A program made the translations under genes and the position numbers. Of a stretch of DNA of 64,000 nucleotides, positions 10,341 through 20,191 are shown piece by piece. The notes beneath the pieces are model-generated. The model worked only from the letters and a program-made list of their open reading frames with translations, was not told the origin of the DNA and searched no databases. Position 1 is the first letter of the stretch. The number at the start of each line of letters is the position of its first letter. This stretch comes from an uncultured Gemmatimonadaceae bacterium (GTDB taxonomy: Bacteria; Gemmatimonadota; Gemmatimonadetes; Gemmatimonadales; Gemmatimonadaceae). The stretch is from NCBI GenBank assembly GCA_963817955.1, contig CAWFQK010000004.1, forward strand, positions 160,001 through 224,000, given 5' to 3'.

Positions 10341-13300
10341 TTACGGCGCGACCGACACGAGAGAGCTGAGCGTGTACACTTTGTTCGTGGCGTCCTTGAA
10401 GGTGAGCGTCACTACGTACGTTCCGGCCTTCGCGTACGTCGCAGCCGGTGTGGCGGACGTAGATGTCGCCCCGTTGCCGAAGGCCCACGAGTACGTGGAC
10501 GCCTTCGTGCCGCTCGCCAACTGCACCGTGTAGCTGCAGGCGAGATGCGTGCACTTCGGCGTGAAGGACACCGGCAACGGGGTCAAGGTGGCGATCGTCA
10601 CGGACTGCGTTTTCGTCGCCGTAGCGCCGTCCGTATCGGTCACCGTGAGCGTCAGCGTGAACGTCCCGGTCTTGGCATAGGTGTGCGAGGCCGTCGCGCC
10701 CACAACCGTCGCGGTCCCGTCACCGAACGACCATTGGACCTTCGCAATGCCGGCGTCGTCGGTTGACGGCGCGGAGCTCGCTTGGCAGATCCTGGCCGTG
10801 CAGGCAACGAGGAGGCCTGCCGTCGGCACCGCATTCTTGACCGTGACCGTCGCCGTCGTGCTACTGGTTTGTCCGCGGGAGTCGCGCACTGTCAACGTCC
10901 CGGTGACCGTCCCGAGCGGGAATGCGAGCGTCACCGTCGGCGTGGTTGCCGCGCCGCCGTGGCTGAACGTCCAGGCGTAGGTCACCGTCCCCGCGTCGTC
11001 GGTGGACGAACGTCCGTCGAAGGTGCAGGACCGGCCGATACAGGAGACCGTCGCCTTGGCGACCGGCCGGTTGTCCTTGACCGAGACCGCGACGATCGCC
11101 GTGTCGGTATGTCTCGCCGAGTCGGTGACGATCAGCTTCGCTGTGTAGGATCCAACCGCGGCGTACCGGTGCGCGACCGAACCGACCGTCTTGGCCGTGG
11201 TCGTCTGCCCGTCGCCAAAGATCCACGTCACACCGGTCACGCCCCAATCGTCGGTCGACGACGCGCTGGAGAACGTGCAGGTGACGACGGTGCAGGTCAC
11301 GCTGCCTTTGGCGACCGGCGGGTTGTCCTTCTTGACCGAGACCGCGACGATCGCCGTGTCGGCATGTCTCGCCGAGTCAGTGACGATCAGCGTCGCCGTG
11401 TAGGATCCAGACGCGGCGTACGTGTGCGCGACCGAACCGACCGTCTTGGCCGTGGTCGTCTGCCCGTCGCCAAAGATCCACGTCACACCGGTCACGCCCC
11501 AATCGTCGGTGGACGACGCGCTGGAGAACGTACAGGTGACGACGGTGCAGGTCACGCTGCCTTTGGCGACCGGCGGCGTATCCGTGAACGTGATCGGCTG
11601 TGTGACCGAATCCGTCTGCAACGCCGAGTCCGTGACGATGAGGCGTGCCCAGGTGGCCGTCGGCGTCGCGAACGTCTTCGAGACCGTCGCGCCGCCGGAC
11701 GTGGCGTTATCGCCAAAGCGCCAGAGGTAGGTCGTGATCGGCAATGAGCTCGTCGTCGTCGAGGCGTTGAGCGAGCACGTGAGACGCGTGCACGACACGG
11801 TGAACTTCGCGGTCGGCGCAAAGGCCGCTGCGGCGACGGTCTTCGTTATCACGTCGCTTTGTTGCGCCGCATCCGTGACCGTCAGCGTCACCGCAAACGC
11901 CCCACTCGTGGCGAAGGTCTTCGTCACCTTCACCCCGGAGGCGGTCGTTTGGTCAGCAAACTGCCAGGCGTAGGTCGCGATGCCCTTGTCGTCGAGCGAG
12001 CCGGACGCGTCGAACGTGCAGACGAGTTTCACGCACGACGTCGTGAAGGTCGCCGTCGGCGGCAGATCGGGCATGATAAAGCCGGTGTAGAGCAACCGGT
12101 TGGGCGAGTTGACGTCGCGCAACGCGGTCAGCTTGCCCGTCGTCGCCTTGCTCGTGATGGCGCTCGTGACCGTCGCCGGTGTCGCGGTCGGATTCGTCTC
12201 GAGATAGAGCGCGGCGGTCCCCGCAACCGCCGGCGCCGCCATGGAGGTTCCGGTGGCGTACATCATCTGCGTGTCGCTGGTGCCCCAGGCGGAGTACACG
12301 TTCGCGCCCGGGGCGAAGATCTTGACGCACTGGCCAACGTTGCTGAATGCGCCCACCGAATCGGCGGACGTCGTCGCACCGACGGTGATGGCGTCGGCCG
12401 AGCGCGCCGGCGAGTATTTACACGCGTCCGTGCTGTTGTTGCCCGCGGCGACGACGACGACGACGCCCGCGACCACGGCGCGATGCACGGCGTCATCCAA
12501 CGCCTGCGAGGCGTCGCCCCCGAGGCTCATGTTGACGACGGCGGGACGCGTCGGGTTGGCCTTGCGGTCGGCGGTGACCCAATCGAGGCCCGCGATCACG
12601 TCGGACCACCAGCCACTCCCATCGCAGCTCAGCACGCGGACGCCGACGAGGGTCGCGGCCCGCGCGACGCCGACGGTGTTGCCGCCGGCCGTCCCGGCCA
12701 CGTGCGTGCCGTGCCCGTTGCAATCGGCCGACGTCCCGTTCGGGGTCACGATATCCGGTCCCGCGACGGCACGACCGCCGAACTGCGCGTGCGTGAGCCG
12801 GATGCCGGTGTCGAGGATGTAGATGCGCGTGCCACGGCCGGTGGCGTAATAGCTGTAGTGCTGATCGAGCGGGAGGCCAACCTGATCGATGCGGTCGAGG
12901 TTCCAGCCAGGCGCGTTCTGCACGCTCAAACCCGGCGTACCCGTTGTGCTCGTCGTACCCGTCGCGTGCCGTTCCACGATCGTCGCGTGCGCATGGCCAT
13001 CCGCCTCGATGTACGCGACGCGCGGATCGCGGCGGAGCAGCGCGGCATCGTCAGCCGTCAAATCGGCGCGGAAGCCGCGCAACGCCTCCGTGTAGACCGG
13101 GCCCGTCGCATCGGCGCTCGTCGGGGCCGCGCTGATCGCGCGCGAGAACGACGCACCGCTCGCGGGCAGCGTCAGCCCACGGCCCGCGGCCGTCATCGCG
13201 CGCAGGGTCCGAGCAGCGGTCGGCACGTCGCGCACCGAGTCAGCGAAGACGACGATGTAGCGCGTGGTCAGCGAGGTCGCCGCCGGCGTCGTCACCGGCG

Positions 13301-13700
13301 CGGCGACGGGGCGATGCGTGATTTCAGTTGGGACGTCGCTACAGGCGGCGACGGCGACCGCGAAAGCGGGCGCGACCCGCACGAAGGTGCGAAGCGCGGC
13401 GCCGAAGAGAGGACGGATCGAGGTGATCGGAGAGCGCGCAACGGAGGAAACGGATGAACGCTGGTCGCCGCGCACATGCGACAGGCGACCTTGAGCGTCG
13501 AAGAAGCCCATGTCTTGTGTGTCCCCGCGGCCTTCGAGCGAGGCCGCTGATCGATCGTGACGCCGCGGTGGGCACAGGAGCCGAGCTGAGTGCTGGCCGC
13601 TCACCGAAGCGTGCCGGGCCTGGGCGACAGCACCACCCGTCATGGCCTGACCCAACGCAGTGTCGGCCGGCCCGGCGGTGCGATCGATCACACGGGCCAT
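10341..13700 (-). CDS. S8 subtilase (proteinase K/aqualysin-like) with I9 propeptide and seven PKD domains; true start probably further downstream
   Basis: ILDTGI, DCNGHGTHVAG, AAGN, GTSMAAPAVAG catalytic motifs; YIVVF..YIEAD propeptide; repeated W.FGDG...H.Y...G PKD motifs; VAVAAC lipobox-like. Confidence 0.92.
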   Translation of the reverse strand: MARVIDRTAGPADTALGQAMTGGAVAQARHASVSGQHSARLLCPPRRHDRSAASLEGRGDTQDMGFFDAQGRLSHVRGDQRSSVSSVARSPITSIRPLFGAALRTFVRVAPAFAVAVAACSDVPTEITHRPVAAPVTTPAATSLTTRYIVVFADSVRDVPTAARTLRAMTAAGRGLTLPASGASFSRAISAAPTSADATGPVYTEALRGFRADLTADDAALLRRDPRVAYIEADGHAHATIVERHATGTTSTTGTPGLSVQNAPGWNLDRIDQVGLPLDQHYSYYATGRGTRIYILDTGIRLTHAQFGGRAVAGPDIVTPNGTSADCNGHGTHVAGTAGGNTVGVARAATLVGVRVLSCDGSGWWSDVIAGLDWVTADRKANPTRPAVVNMSLGGDASQALDDAVHRAVVAGVVVVVAAGNNSTDACKYSPARSADAITVGATTSADSVGAFSNVGQCVKIFAPGANVYSAWGTSDTQMMYATGTSMAAPAVAGTAALYLETNPTATPATVTSAITSKATTGKLTALRDVNSPNRLLYTGFIMPDLPPTATFTTSCVKLVCTFDASGSLDDKGIATYAWQFADQTTASGVKVTKTFATSGAFAVTLTVTDAAQQSDVITKTVAAAAFAPTAKFTVSCTRLTCSLNASTTTSSLPITTYLWRFGDNATSGGATVSKTFATPTATWARLIVTDSALQTDSVTQPITFTDTPPVAKGSVTCTVVTCTFSSASSTDDWGVTGVTWIFGDGQTTTAKTVGSVAHTYAASGSYTATLIVTDSARHADTAIVAVSVKKDNPPVAKGSVTCTVVTCTFSSASSTDDWGVTGVTWIFGDGQTTTAKTVGSVAHRYAAVGSYTAKLIVTDSARHTDTAIVAVSVKDNRPVAKATVSCIGRSCTFDGRSSTDDAGTVTYAWTFSHGGAATTPTVTLAFPLGTVTGTLTVRDSRGQTSSTTATVTVKNAVPTAGLLVACTARICQASSAPSTDDAGIAKVQWSFGDGTATVVGATASHTYAKTGTFTLTLTVTDTDGATATKTQSVTIATLTPLPVSFTPKCTHLACSYTVQLASGTKASTYSWAFGNGATSTSATPAATYAKAGTYVVTLTFKDATNKVYTLSSLVSVAP
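11076..11576. repeat. Near-identical tandem duplication of one PKD domain (period 255 bp)
   Basis: 11076-11321 vs 11331-11576 differ at only a handful of positions. Confidence 0.9.
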
Positions 13701-13941
13701 AATCTGTAATAGAATGTGACAGTCTGCTCAGCATTGGCCATTCAGGCGATGCCAGTCTTCCCTGTGCATCGAGTGAAATATTCACGAGTATAACGAGCGT
13801 ATTCTCGTCATGAGGCGCCAACGAGTATTTGCACACCCGGCGCCGGCATGCTGAAATGGGCAACGGTTGCGCACGGTCTGGAACCACTCTTCGAGCATGC
13901 CGACGTGGCAGTGGCGGCCGGCCGGCCGCGACCGTGAGCCC

Positions 13942-14120
13942 CTTCCGGGATTGGGATGTGGCGCCCATGATAGTATGGTGTTCTCATTAGAAAACCAGCG
14001 ATAGCGGACCGGACCACATACGCGACGATCCTGGGGCCACTGCCACGGCAGTGGGCTGGGGCCTCGCTCCCCGATGATGAAAATCTTCTAATCTTTCCCC
14101 ACCCATTCTGAGGCCGGAAG
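13942..14120 (+). ncRNA. Candidate structured non-coding element, copy 1
   Basis: ~75% identical by eye to 15150-15328; bounded by CTTCCGG...CCGGAAG; internal hairpins. Confidence 0.5.
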
Positions 14121-14306
14121 CTCCCAGCCTTCTCATCTTTCCCGCCTACTTGCTATAGAGTCGGAAGACGCACGACCTTCGAGTCAAGTTCGCGCACGTC
14201 CCGACCGATGATTGCGGGGGGATTCCAGTCTGGTGCCAGGCTGGTACCTCAATCCCTGCGAACTATTCCGCCGGGACGAATCCGCCGCTCTTGTGCACCC
14301 TCCGCC

Positions 14307-15071
14307 ATGCCCACCGTATCTCCCGCTCCCCCGCGCTCCTCGCTGCGCGTCTCGCTGCGTTCCTCCCTGCGCTCCTCGCTCGCTCGCACCTTCGCCGCCA
14401 TCGGCCTGTTGGCCATGGGCGTGGTGGCGTGCAGCGGAAGCCCGATGGGCCCGGATGGGCCACCACTGCCGCCCTTCCACCCGCCTCACACGCTCAGCCA
14501 ACTGAAGTTTGCCCCGGACAGCCTCGCGCTCGACAAGGGTGGGCAGGGCCAAGTGACACTGGTCGGGTTCTATGCCGACGGGGCCATATTGCCCATCGCC
14601 GACGCGTCCTGGCTGGTCGGCGATACGTCCATCGTTCGCCTCGACTCGGCCACCCATCAGGCCACGGGGCGCCGTGGTGGCCAGACGACGATTGTGGCAA
14701 CCAAAGATGGGGTCAATGCAACGCTGCAGGTCACGGTCGTCGCCCCGTTCTTCATCTACGTGTCGCCCGGCGCAGATTGTATGCGGCTGGTTTTCCCGGG
14801 CCTGCAGGATTCCGCCTGGGTCATCGACACGAAGACGCGTCTCCGGTTGCCGGACCGCCCCGTCACGTCCTGGCGCTCGTCGGACTCGACGGTCATGGCC
14901 GTCGATCAGACGGGGTTCATGACGCCACACCACGCGGGCGTGGCCAACATCATCGCGGAAGTCGATGGCGAGATCGGCATGAATTACAACGTCGTCGATC
15001 CGGCGCCGTTGGGTACACCGATGACCTGCACCGGGCTCTTCTCATCTTCCGCTCCCGCACGCAAACCATGA
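14307..15071 (+). CDS. Lipoprotein with two Ig-like (Big_2-type) domains
   Basis: Lipobox GVVA-C; ASWLVGDTSIVRLD and VTSWRSSDSTVMAVDQTG..T....G Big_2-like motifs. Confidence 0.75.
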   Translation: MPTVSPAPPRSSLRVSLRSSLRSSLARTFAAIGLLAMGVVACSGSPMGPDGPPLPPFHPPHTLSQLKFAPDSLALDKGGQGQVTLVGFYADGAILPIADASWLVGDTSIVRLDSATHQATGRRGGQTTIVATKDGVNATLQVTVVAPFFIYVSPGADCMRLVFPGLQDSAWVIDTKTRLRLPDRPVTSWRSSDSTVMAVDQTGFMTPHHAGVANIIAEVDGEIGMNYNVVDPAPLGTPMTCTGLFSSSAPARKP

Positions 15072-15145
15072 CAGGGCGACTGGGCCAGTGCGCCGAAAAC
15101 CGGGCGGCGGGCAATCCGCTGGCATCGGGGGTGCCGAGCGAATCT

Positions 15146-15332
15146 GGGTCTTCCGGGATTGGAGTAGGTCGCCCGGCATAGTAGGTCTCTTCATTGTGAG
15201 AACCAGGGATGGAGGACCGGGCGCTCTACGCAACGATCCAAGGGATCTACTGCCACCGCGGTGGGCTGGACCGCGATCCCCGATAATGAGAATCTTCTCA
15301 TCTTTCTCACTCACTATCAAGCCGGAAGACCC
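15146..15332 (+). ncRNA. Candidate structured non-coding element, copy 2
   Basis: Perfect 11-bp terminal IR GGGTCTTCCGG/CCGGAAGACCC; homologous to 13942-14120. Confidence 0.5.
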
Positions 15333-15521
15333 AAGGATTCCACCACATCTTGCGTCGCGCTTGACGTGGCTGGCTCAGTCTTCCTTCTTCATGGGCGGTG
15401 CCTCCTTTTCGTGCCGGGATTCTCCCCGGGGGGGATTAGTCTCACCCGAGAAGGTGTCACGACCTTCCGTCTATTCTTCCGTCTATTTCCACACCTTTTC
15501 ACAGTAGCTCAGTCGAACCTC

Positions 15522-16826
15522 GTGATCACCGAATCTGACGCTGTCGCCTCTGGCGACTGCAACGCGACGGTCGATGCCGCAACGGCTCGCGCCGATGCCA
15601 TGCGACTCACCGATGCGCGCGCGGGGGTGGTCGTCGCGGACGAAGCGGCAGCACTCGCTCGGGCCCACGGCTATCGCCTTGGTGAGGCGCGCGCCTTGCG
15701 CGCCGGAGCGGTATGCCGGTCGCGTCTCCTGGATGTCCAGCGCGCTCTGGAACACGCCACGACAGCCGCGACGATCTTTGCCCAACTCGGCGAGGGTCGG
15801 GAGCGCGCCGCAACGCTCAACGCGATCGGTCGTCTGCACCTACAGCGTGGAGATTGCGCGGAAGCCGCTCGCTTCCACGTCGCCGCCCTCGAGCTGCAAC
15901 GTGATCTGCTCGACACCGCCGGTGAGGCCGAAACGCGGACCGCGCTTGGCGCCGTTCATTTCGCCGCTGGCGAAATCGCACCTGCGATCGATCAGTTTCG
16001 GGTGAGCCACGATCTATTCGAGGCGCTTGGCGATACCCGTGGCGTGATGATGGCCATGATGGACATCGGGTCCGCGCTCGGATCGGCCGGACAGGTTCGT
16101 GAAGGGCTCGCGTATCACGAGCGCGCCCTGGACTACGCCCTCCATTGCTCGAATGTTGAGCACGCCGCTATCGCGCACAACAACATTGGGTATGGGCACG
16201 CCAGGCTCGGTGACCGGGACACCGCGCTCATGCACTATCAGACATCGCTCACGCTCGCACGTTCCGCCGGCAACGTCGAGGGGGAGGTTGCGTTTCTCGA
16301 GAACATTGGGCTTCTGAAATCGGACGCCGGGGACATTGAAGGCGCGCTCGCGATCTTTCGTCAAGTAGCCGACATGAGCGACGAGAGCCAGCTCCGGGTT
16401 CACCAAGCCGAAGCCAAACTGCGCACGGGTGAGCTGTTGGCGCGCGTCGGGCAGTATGACTCCGCGCTGATCACGTTGCATGCCGCGCTCGACCTGAACG
16501 GAGAAACGGGCGCACGGCAGCAACTGGGGGACATTCACCACGCGCTCGTGGCAGTGCATGAAGCGCTCGACGAGCCGGCGCTCGCCTTGCGCCATTTCAA
16601 GCTGTTTTACGATGTGCGCGAAGAACTGCGTGGGGCGGACGCCGAGCGCCGCGTGCTCAGTGTCATGATCCAGTCCGAGGTGCGCGAAAAGGAACGAGAG
16701 GCAACCTTGCTCCGTGAGCGCAACGCGGCGCTCGATGCTGCGAACCAGGAGAAGGCTCGCCTCCTGGCCCAACTCGAAGAACAGGCCGCGGAGCTCGATC
16801 GATTAGGGCGTGTGATGGAGTATTGA
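15522..16826 (+). pseudogene. TPR (MalT-like) sensor protein, truncated before its output domain
   Basis: Repeated A.TLN.IG / HNNIG / LENIG TPR motifs, ALRHFKLFY, then a coiled coil ending at an IS5 end (16806); start GTG estimated. Confidence 0.75.
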
Positions 16827-16970
16827 GTAGCGCGATGACTTTCGGCAACATGAGACAGGCGGAGGCGAGATAGTGCAGACCGGCCAGGGTCTCGGGCAAT
16901 CGCTAGAAATCGCGTGCGAGCCGACGAAAGCGCGCCATCCACGCGTAGCTGCGTTCCACCAGCGCGGGCC
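16806..16970 (-). mobile_element. IS5-family (IS1031/IS427-like) remnant: transposase C-terminus and one end
   Basis: Minus strand [37 protein letters not shown]; end GGGCGTGTGATG next to TTA. Confidence 0.8.
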
Positions 16971-16991
16971 GACAGCGACGACGATGCGCCT

Positions 16992-17348
16992 ATGCCCGAA
17001 TTGACGCCAACGACTCCGCTGCAAGTGGCCATCTCCAAACGCGCCTTCAATGCGATCGATATGGATCGCCTGCGCGCTCGGCTGGTGGCGATGGGATCGG
17101 CGCGGACACGATTCGAATCCAACGAGCGGCACGCGGGCATCGGGGATGTCCGGCTTACCTGCCCCGTACTCATCGCGACAGGAATTGTCGACGAGCTCCG
17201 GGTGTGCGCGGGTGAAGCTGAAGTGCGCCACGACTCGGCGACGCTCATCGCCTGCGCCGAAGCTGTCGCGGCAATCTTCCGGGCGATGGATGAGGAGAGA
17301 GATCGGCCCGCGTGGGCGGGTTGGCAAACGCGCCCTGCGCCGAAGTAG
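16992..17348 (+). CDS. Hypothetical protein (118 aa)
   Basis: Globular-looking ORF MPELTPTTPLQVAISKRAF... Confidence 0.5.
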   Translation: MPELTPTTPLQVAISKRAFNAIDMDRLRARLVAMGSARTRFESNERHAGIGDVRLTCPVLIATGIVDELRVCAGEAEVRHDSATLIACAEAVAAIFRAMDEERDRPAWAGWQTRPAPK

Positions 17349-17444
17349 AGGGTCATGCCAGGGCGGCCCGACCCGTTCGACCGCTCCGAGCGCATTGTCA
17401 CCGCCTGGGTTCGCTCCCGACGCCTCGTCATCGTGTCTGTTGGG

Positions 17445-17657
17445 TCAGTCATCGCGCCTGATTACGCATGACATGACAGTCCTATAAATCTCGTCAAGCG
17501 CGGCGCGCGTCAATTCAGTCAATGCGATGACCCCACACTCGCACTGGCCCGCCTCACCGAGCAATTGTAGGCGGTGGTCGTGATTGAGCGAGATGATGCA
17601 AGGCGCGCAAACGACGGGTGCGCCGCAGCACTGGCAGGTGGTCGTCGGAGTGTCCAT
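17445..17657 (-). CDS. Small Cys-rich putative zinc-binding protein
   Basis: CQCCG...CAPC...CECG motifs in 70 aa. Confidence 0.45.
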   Translation of the reverse strand: MDTPTTTCQCCGAPVVCAPCIISLNHDHRLQLLGEAGQCECGVIALTELTRAALDEIYRTVMSCVIRRDD

Positions 17658-18295
17658 GTGGCGAGCCTACCCGGCGGCCGCGTCTCGGGTCTGCTCGGCG
17701 CCGCCACGCGTCGTGGATCGGGACCATGGCGCGCGGTCGTACGAGTTACGAGCATGGCACAAGGCTTGGTCTGCGCATCGGCCATGCACGCCAGGGAGAT
17801 CGCGCATCTGAAACGGCCGCGCACCGGCGGACATCGGGGGACGATCCAAACGGCGCCGCGAAATGCGCGCCTCTCGACGCGCCGGGCGACTCGCGACGGT
17901 CTCCCATTCACGTATCGGAGGGAGCATGCGACGAGATGGCGCGATGGATCGGATGCGGCGTCTGGGGCGTGGTCGTCGCAGCGGGATCCCTCGCCTGGCG
18001 TCTGCCGGGCACGACTGCGCGATGCTGACTCTCGGGCACGACGAGGCGGGCCGGCTAGTATCAGTCGGCGCGATCGATGACATCGACCAAATCGACTGAA
18101 CCGTGGACGAGGATGGCGAGTACAGATATGCCTGTTCATTCGGCGGGGATCCCTCGCCTGTAGTGATCCGGGCCGGGTCGCTCGCGGGCGGCGGCCGTGA
18201 ACCGGTCTGGGTGTCTTCCGGTTAGCGCCAGTGGACCGGGCAGCCGCCGGCAAGGGGGGAGGCCACATTCGGGCCGGCCGGCGCGGGATCCCCGA

Positions 18296-18525
18296 TTAGG
18301 CCGCGCTCTTCCGCGCGGCCATTCCGGCGTCGGCGCGCCGCGCGTCGATGAGCTCCGGGTCGGTCACCGCCGTCACCTCGAGCTCGACGCGGGGGTTGGC
18401 GCGATCGTAGCGCCGCTCGCCGGCACGCGCGCGCACCTGGCCATCGTCCGCCCAGAATCCGGCGTGCGTGAGGGCGTTCCAAAGCGCCTTGCCGTCCGGG
18501 GTGCCGAGCCGACGGGAAGGCTGGA
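18296..18525 (-). pseudogene. RusA-family Holliday junction resolvase remnant
   Basis: KALWNALTHAGFWADDGQV...RYDRANPRVELEV matches the RusA C-half; DxDN motif degenerate, N-half absent. Confidence 0.65.
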
Positions 18526-18655
18526 TACGCTCTGAGTCGAACTCGGCGCTTTCCTGGATGGGATGCAGAGCCCAGAGGTAGCCCACGCGATCGCGCGCAG
18601 CTGCGCGGCCACGCCGGAGGAAATGGGGCGCGCGGCGTTATCCCTTCCTCATGCC

Positions 18656-18696
18656 CGCATAGGCCCCCCAGTCGGTCGAAATGGGGGGCCTATGCG
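18656..18696. repeat. Perfect 15-bp inverted repeat beside the iteron cluster
   Basis: CGCATAGGCCCCCCA-11nt-TGGGGGGCCTATGCG. Confidence 0.85.
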
Positions 18697-18723
18697 ATGC
18701 GTACGAGGGTCGGTTTTCGGGGA

Positions 18724-18999
18724 GGAACACGGTGTTCCAGGTGTGTTCCATTTGGTGTTCCGTGTTAAGTCAATGGTATATAGAGATATAGATACTCATG
18801 GAGAGTGGAACACCTGGAACACCCTTTTAGCCCCTACGCGTGACGCGCAAGGGACATGGGCGCCGATTGCGCGACATTCTCTCCAAAAGAAATACACGTC
18901 CCGATGTTCAAGAAGGTGTTCCACCCAACGGCATGGGCCTAAACATCATAGAGGCCAATGACTTATGGTGGAACACCCGCGGTGTCCGCCCGGTGTTCC
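18724..18999. other. Putative iteron-type replication origin
   Basis: Nine exact GTGTTCC/GGAACAC heptamers in both orientations around an AT-rich core (18765-18799). Confidence 0.65.
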
Positions 19000-19106
19000 G
19001 TTGGGCTCCAAAGCCCGGTGTCGAACTGCAAAATGACTCGCTCGATCTTGTGCTCTGCGTTTGCAGTGCCTGGCGACCACCCCTGCTCGCCGGGTAAGAT
19101 GGTCGC

Positions 19107-19865
19107 ATGCCCTCTCAGTCACCTCCCGTCTTGAGCGACATTGCCGAAGCACTCTCGCAGGTCATCGGAGTGCTCCCTCCAGGTGATCTGTCGTCCCCGG
19201 AGTACGCGGCATGGTCCACCACCAGACTGGCCTTCTCTGCAGGACTTCTGGAGAGCGCCTTCACACGCATTGGATGGCTCGCCGCTTACGTCGGCGGCGG
19301 CGTGCTCCAGTTCCACTTGGGTGGGGAGGGTTACCAGACTGGGGACCTCGACATGGTTGTCGCTCAGCGCACGGGGCTCCCCGTCCCTCGTTCCACGCTT
19401 AACGACGTGATGCACCGCCTGGGCGGCCGACCGAGCGGTGCACGCCACTGGACCTTCGGGAGTGCCCCTGCCGAGCTACTCATAGAGATTCCCAACAGCG
19501 ACCTTCCGCTCGATACCGACCGCGTTGCATTGCCCGGCGACCTAATGCTCACGATGGATTCAGTCGAGCATGTCATCACGGGCCGGATCATCGAGTTTCA
19601 TAACACCGGCAACGCCGACCACGCGCTGCAGGCCATTCACGCGCTGCGCGCTCTCCGTGGTCGCCTGGACCACGCACGGCTCCAACGGTGTATAGCGAAG
19701 GAGAACGTCGTCGAGGCGAGCAACATCATCATGGCGCTGGTGGATCGCCCGGGGCAGATCACCACCGAGTTACTAGCGTACGCGCATGAGATGCTCCGGG
19801 GCCAGAAGCGCTGGTGTGATCTGCGCGACCCGCAATGCGGCCCCGTTGGGCGGCGCCGCCGATAA
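19107..19865 (+). CDS. DNA polymerase beta-superfamily nucleotidyltransferase (AbiEii/DUF6036-like)
   Basis: YVGGGVL....YQTGDLDMVV motif, LIEIP third acid, SVEHVITGRI helix. Confidence 0.7.
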   Translation: MPSQSPPVLSDIAEALSQVIGVLPPGDLSSPEYAAWSTTRLAFSAGLLESAFTRIGWLAAYVGGGVLQFHLGGEGYQTGDLDMVVAQRTGLPVPRSTLNDVMHRLGGRPSGARHWTFGSAPAELLIEIPNSDLPLDTDRVALPGDLMLTMDSVEHVITGRIIEFHNTGNADHALQAIHALRALRGRLDHARLQRCIAKENVVEASNIIMALVDRPGQITTELLAYAHEMLRGQKRWCDLRDPQCGPVGRRRR

Positions 19866-19920
19866 CGCTTCGATAACGCTTATAGTACAAATGACGGTCA
19901 CTTCCTGACTCCTTGTTCAA

Positions 19921-20172
19921 ATGCCTGGTCGCCTTCCTGATGTGAACGCCGCTGATCGCCGTGCCGCGCTCGACGCCTTCTGGGCCGAACGCCGTGCGCT
20001 GGCGCGGGCTGCCAGGTCCGGACTGGACTTCGCCGGCGCAATCCGCCCACCGCGGGCGGCGGCAGAGCGGCAGTGGCTCAAAGAACAGGCGCAGATGGGT
20101 GGGCCGTCGGCAGAGCGGGAGGACGCTTCCACGCTCGAATCCCCCCAGGGTCGGCGGCGGCGGCAGGGCTAG
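19921..20172 (+). CDS. Small hypothetical protein (83 aa), possible NTase partner
   Basis: Same strand, 55 bp after the NTase, followed by a strong hairpin. Confidence 0.4.
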   Translation: MPGRLPDVNAADRRAALDAFWAERRALARAARSGLDFAGAIRPPRAAAERQWLKEQAQMGGPSAEREDASTLESPQGRRRRQG

Positions 20173-20191
20173 TAGCCTCGGTGGCCGGTGT

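Noticed and set aside
11076..11576. DGR template/variable repeat pair
   Set aside because: In-frame tandem domain duplication; no reverse transcriptase in window
15042..15320. 92-aa minus-strand ORF over the duplicated element
   Set aside because: Frame not preserved in copy 1 (indels, stop)
17983..18160. 15-bp direct repeat GGGATCCCTCGCCTG
   Set aside because: Two copies only, no interpretable context
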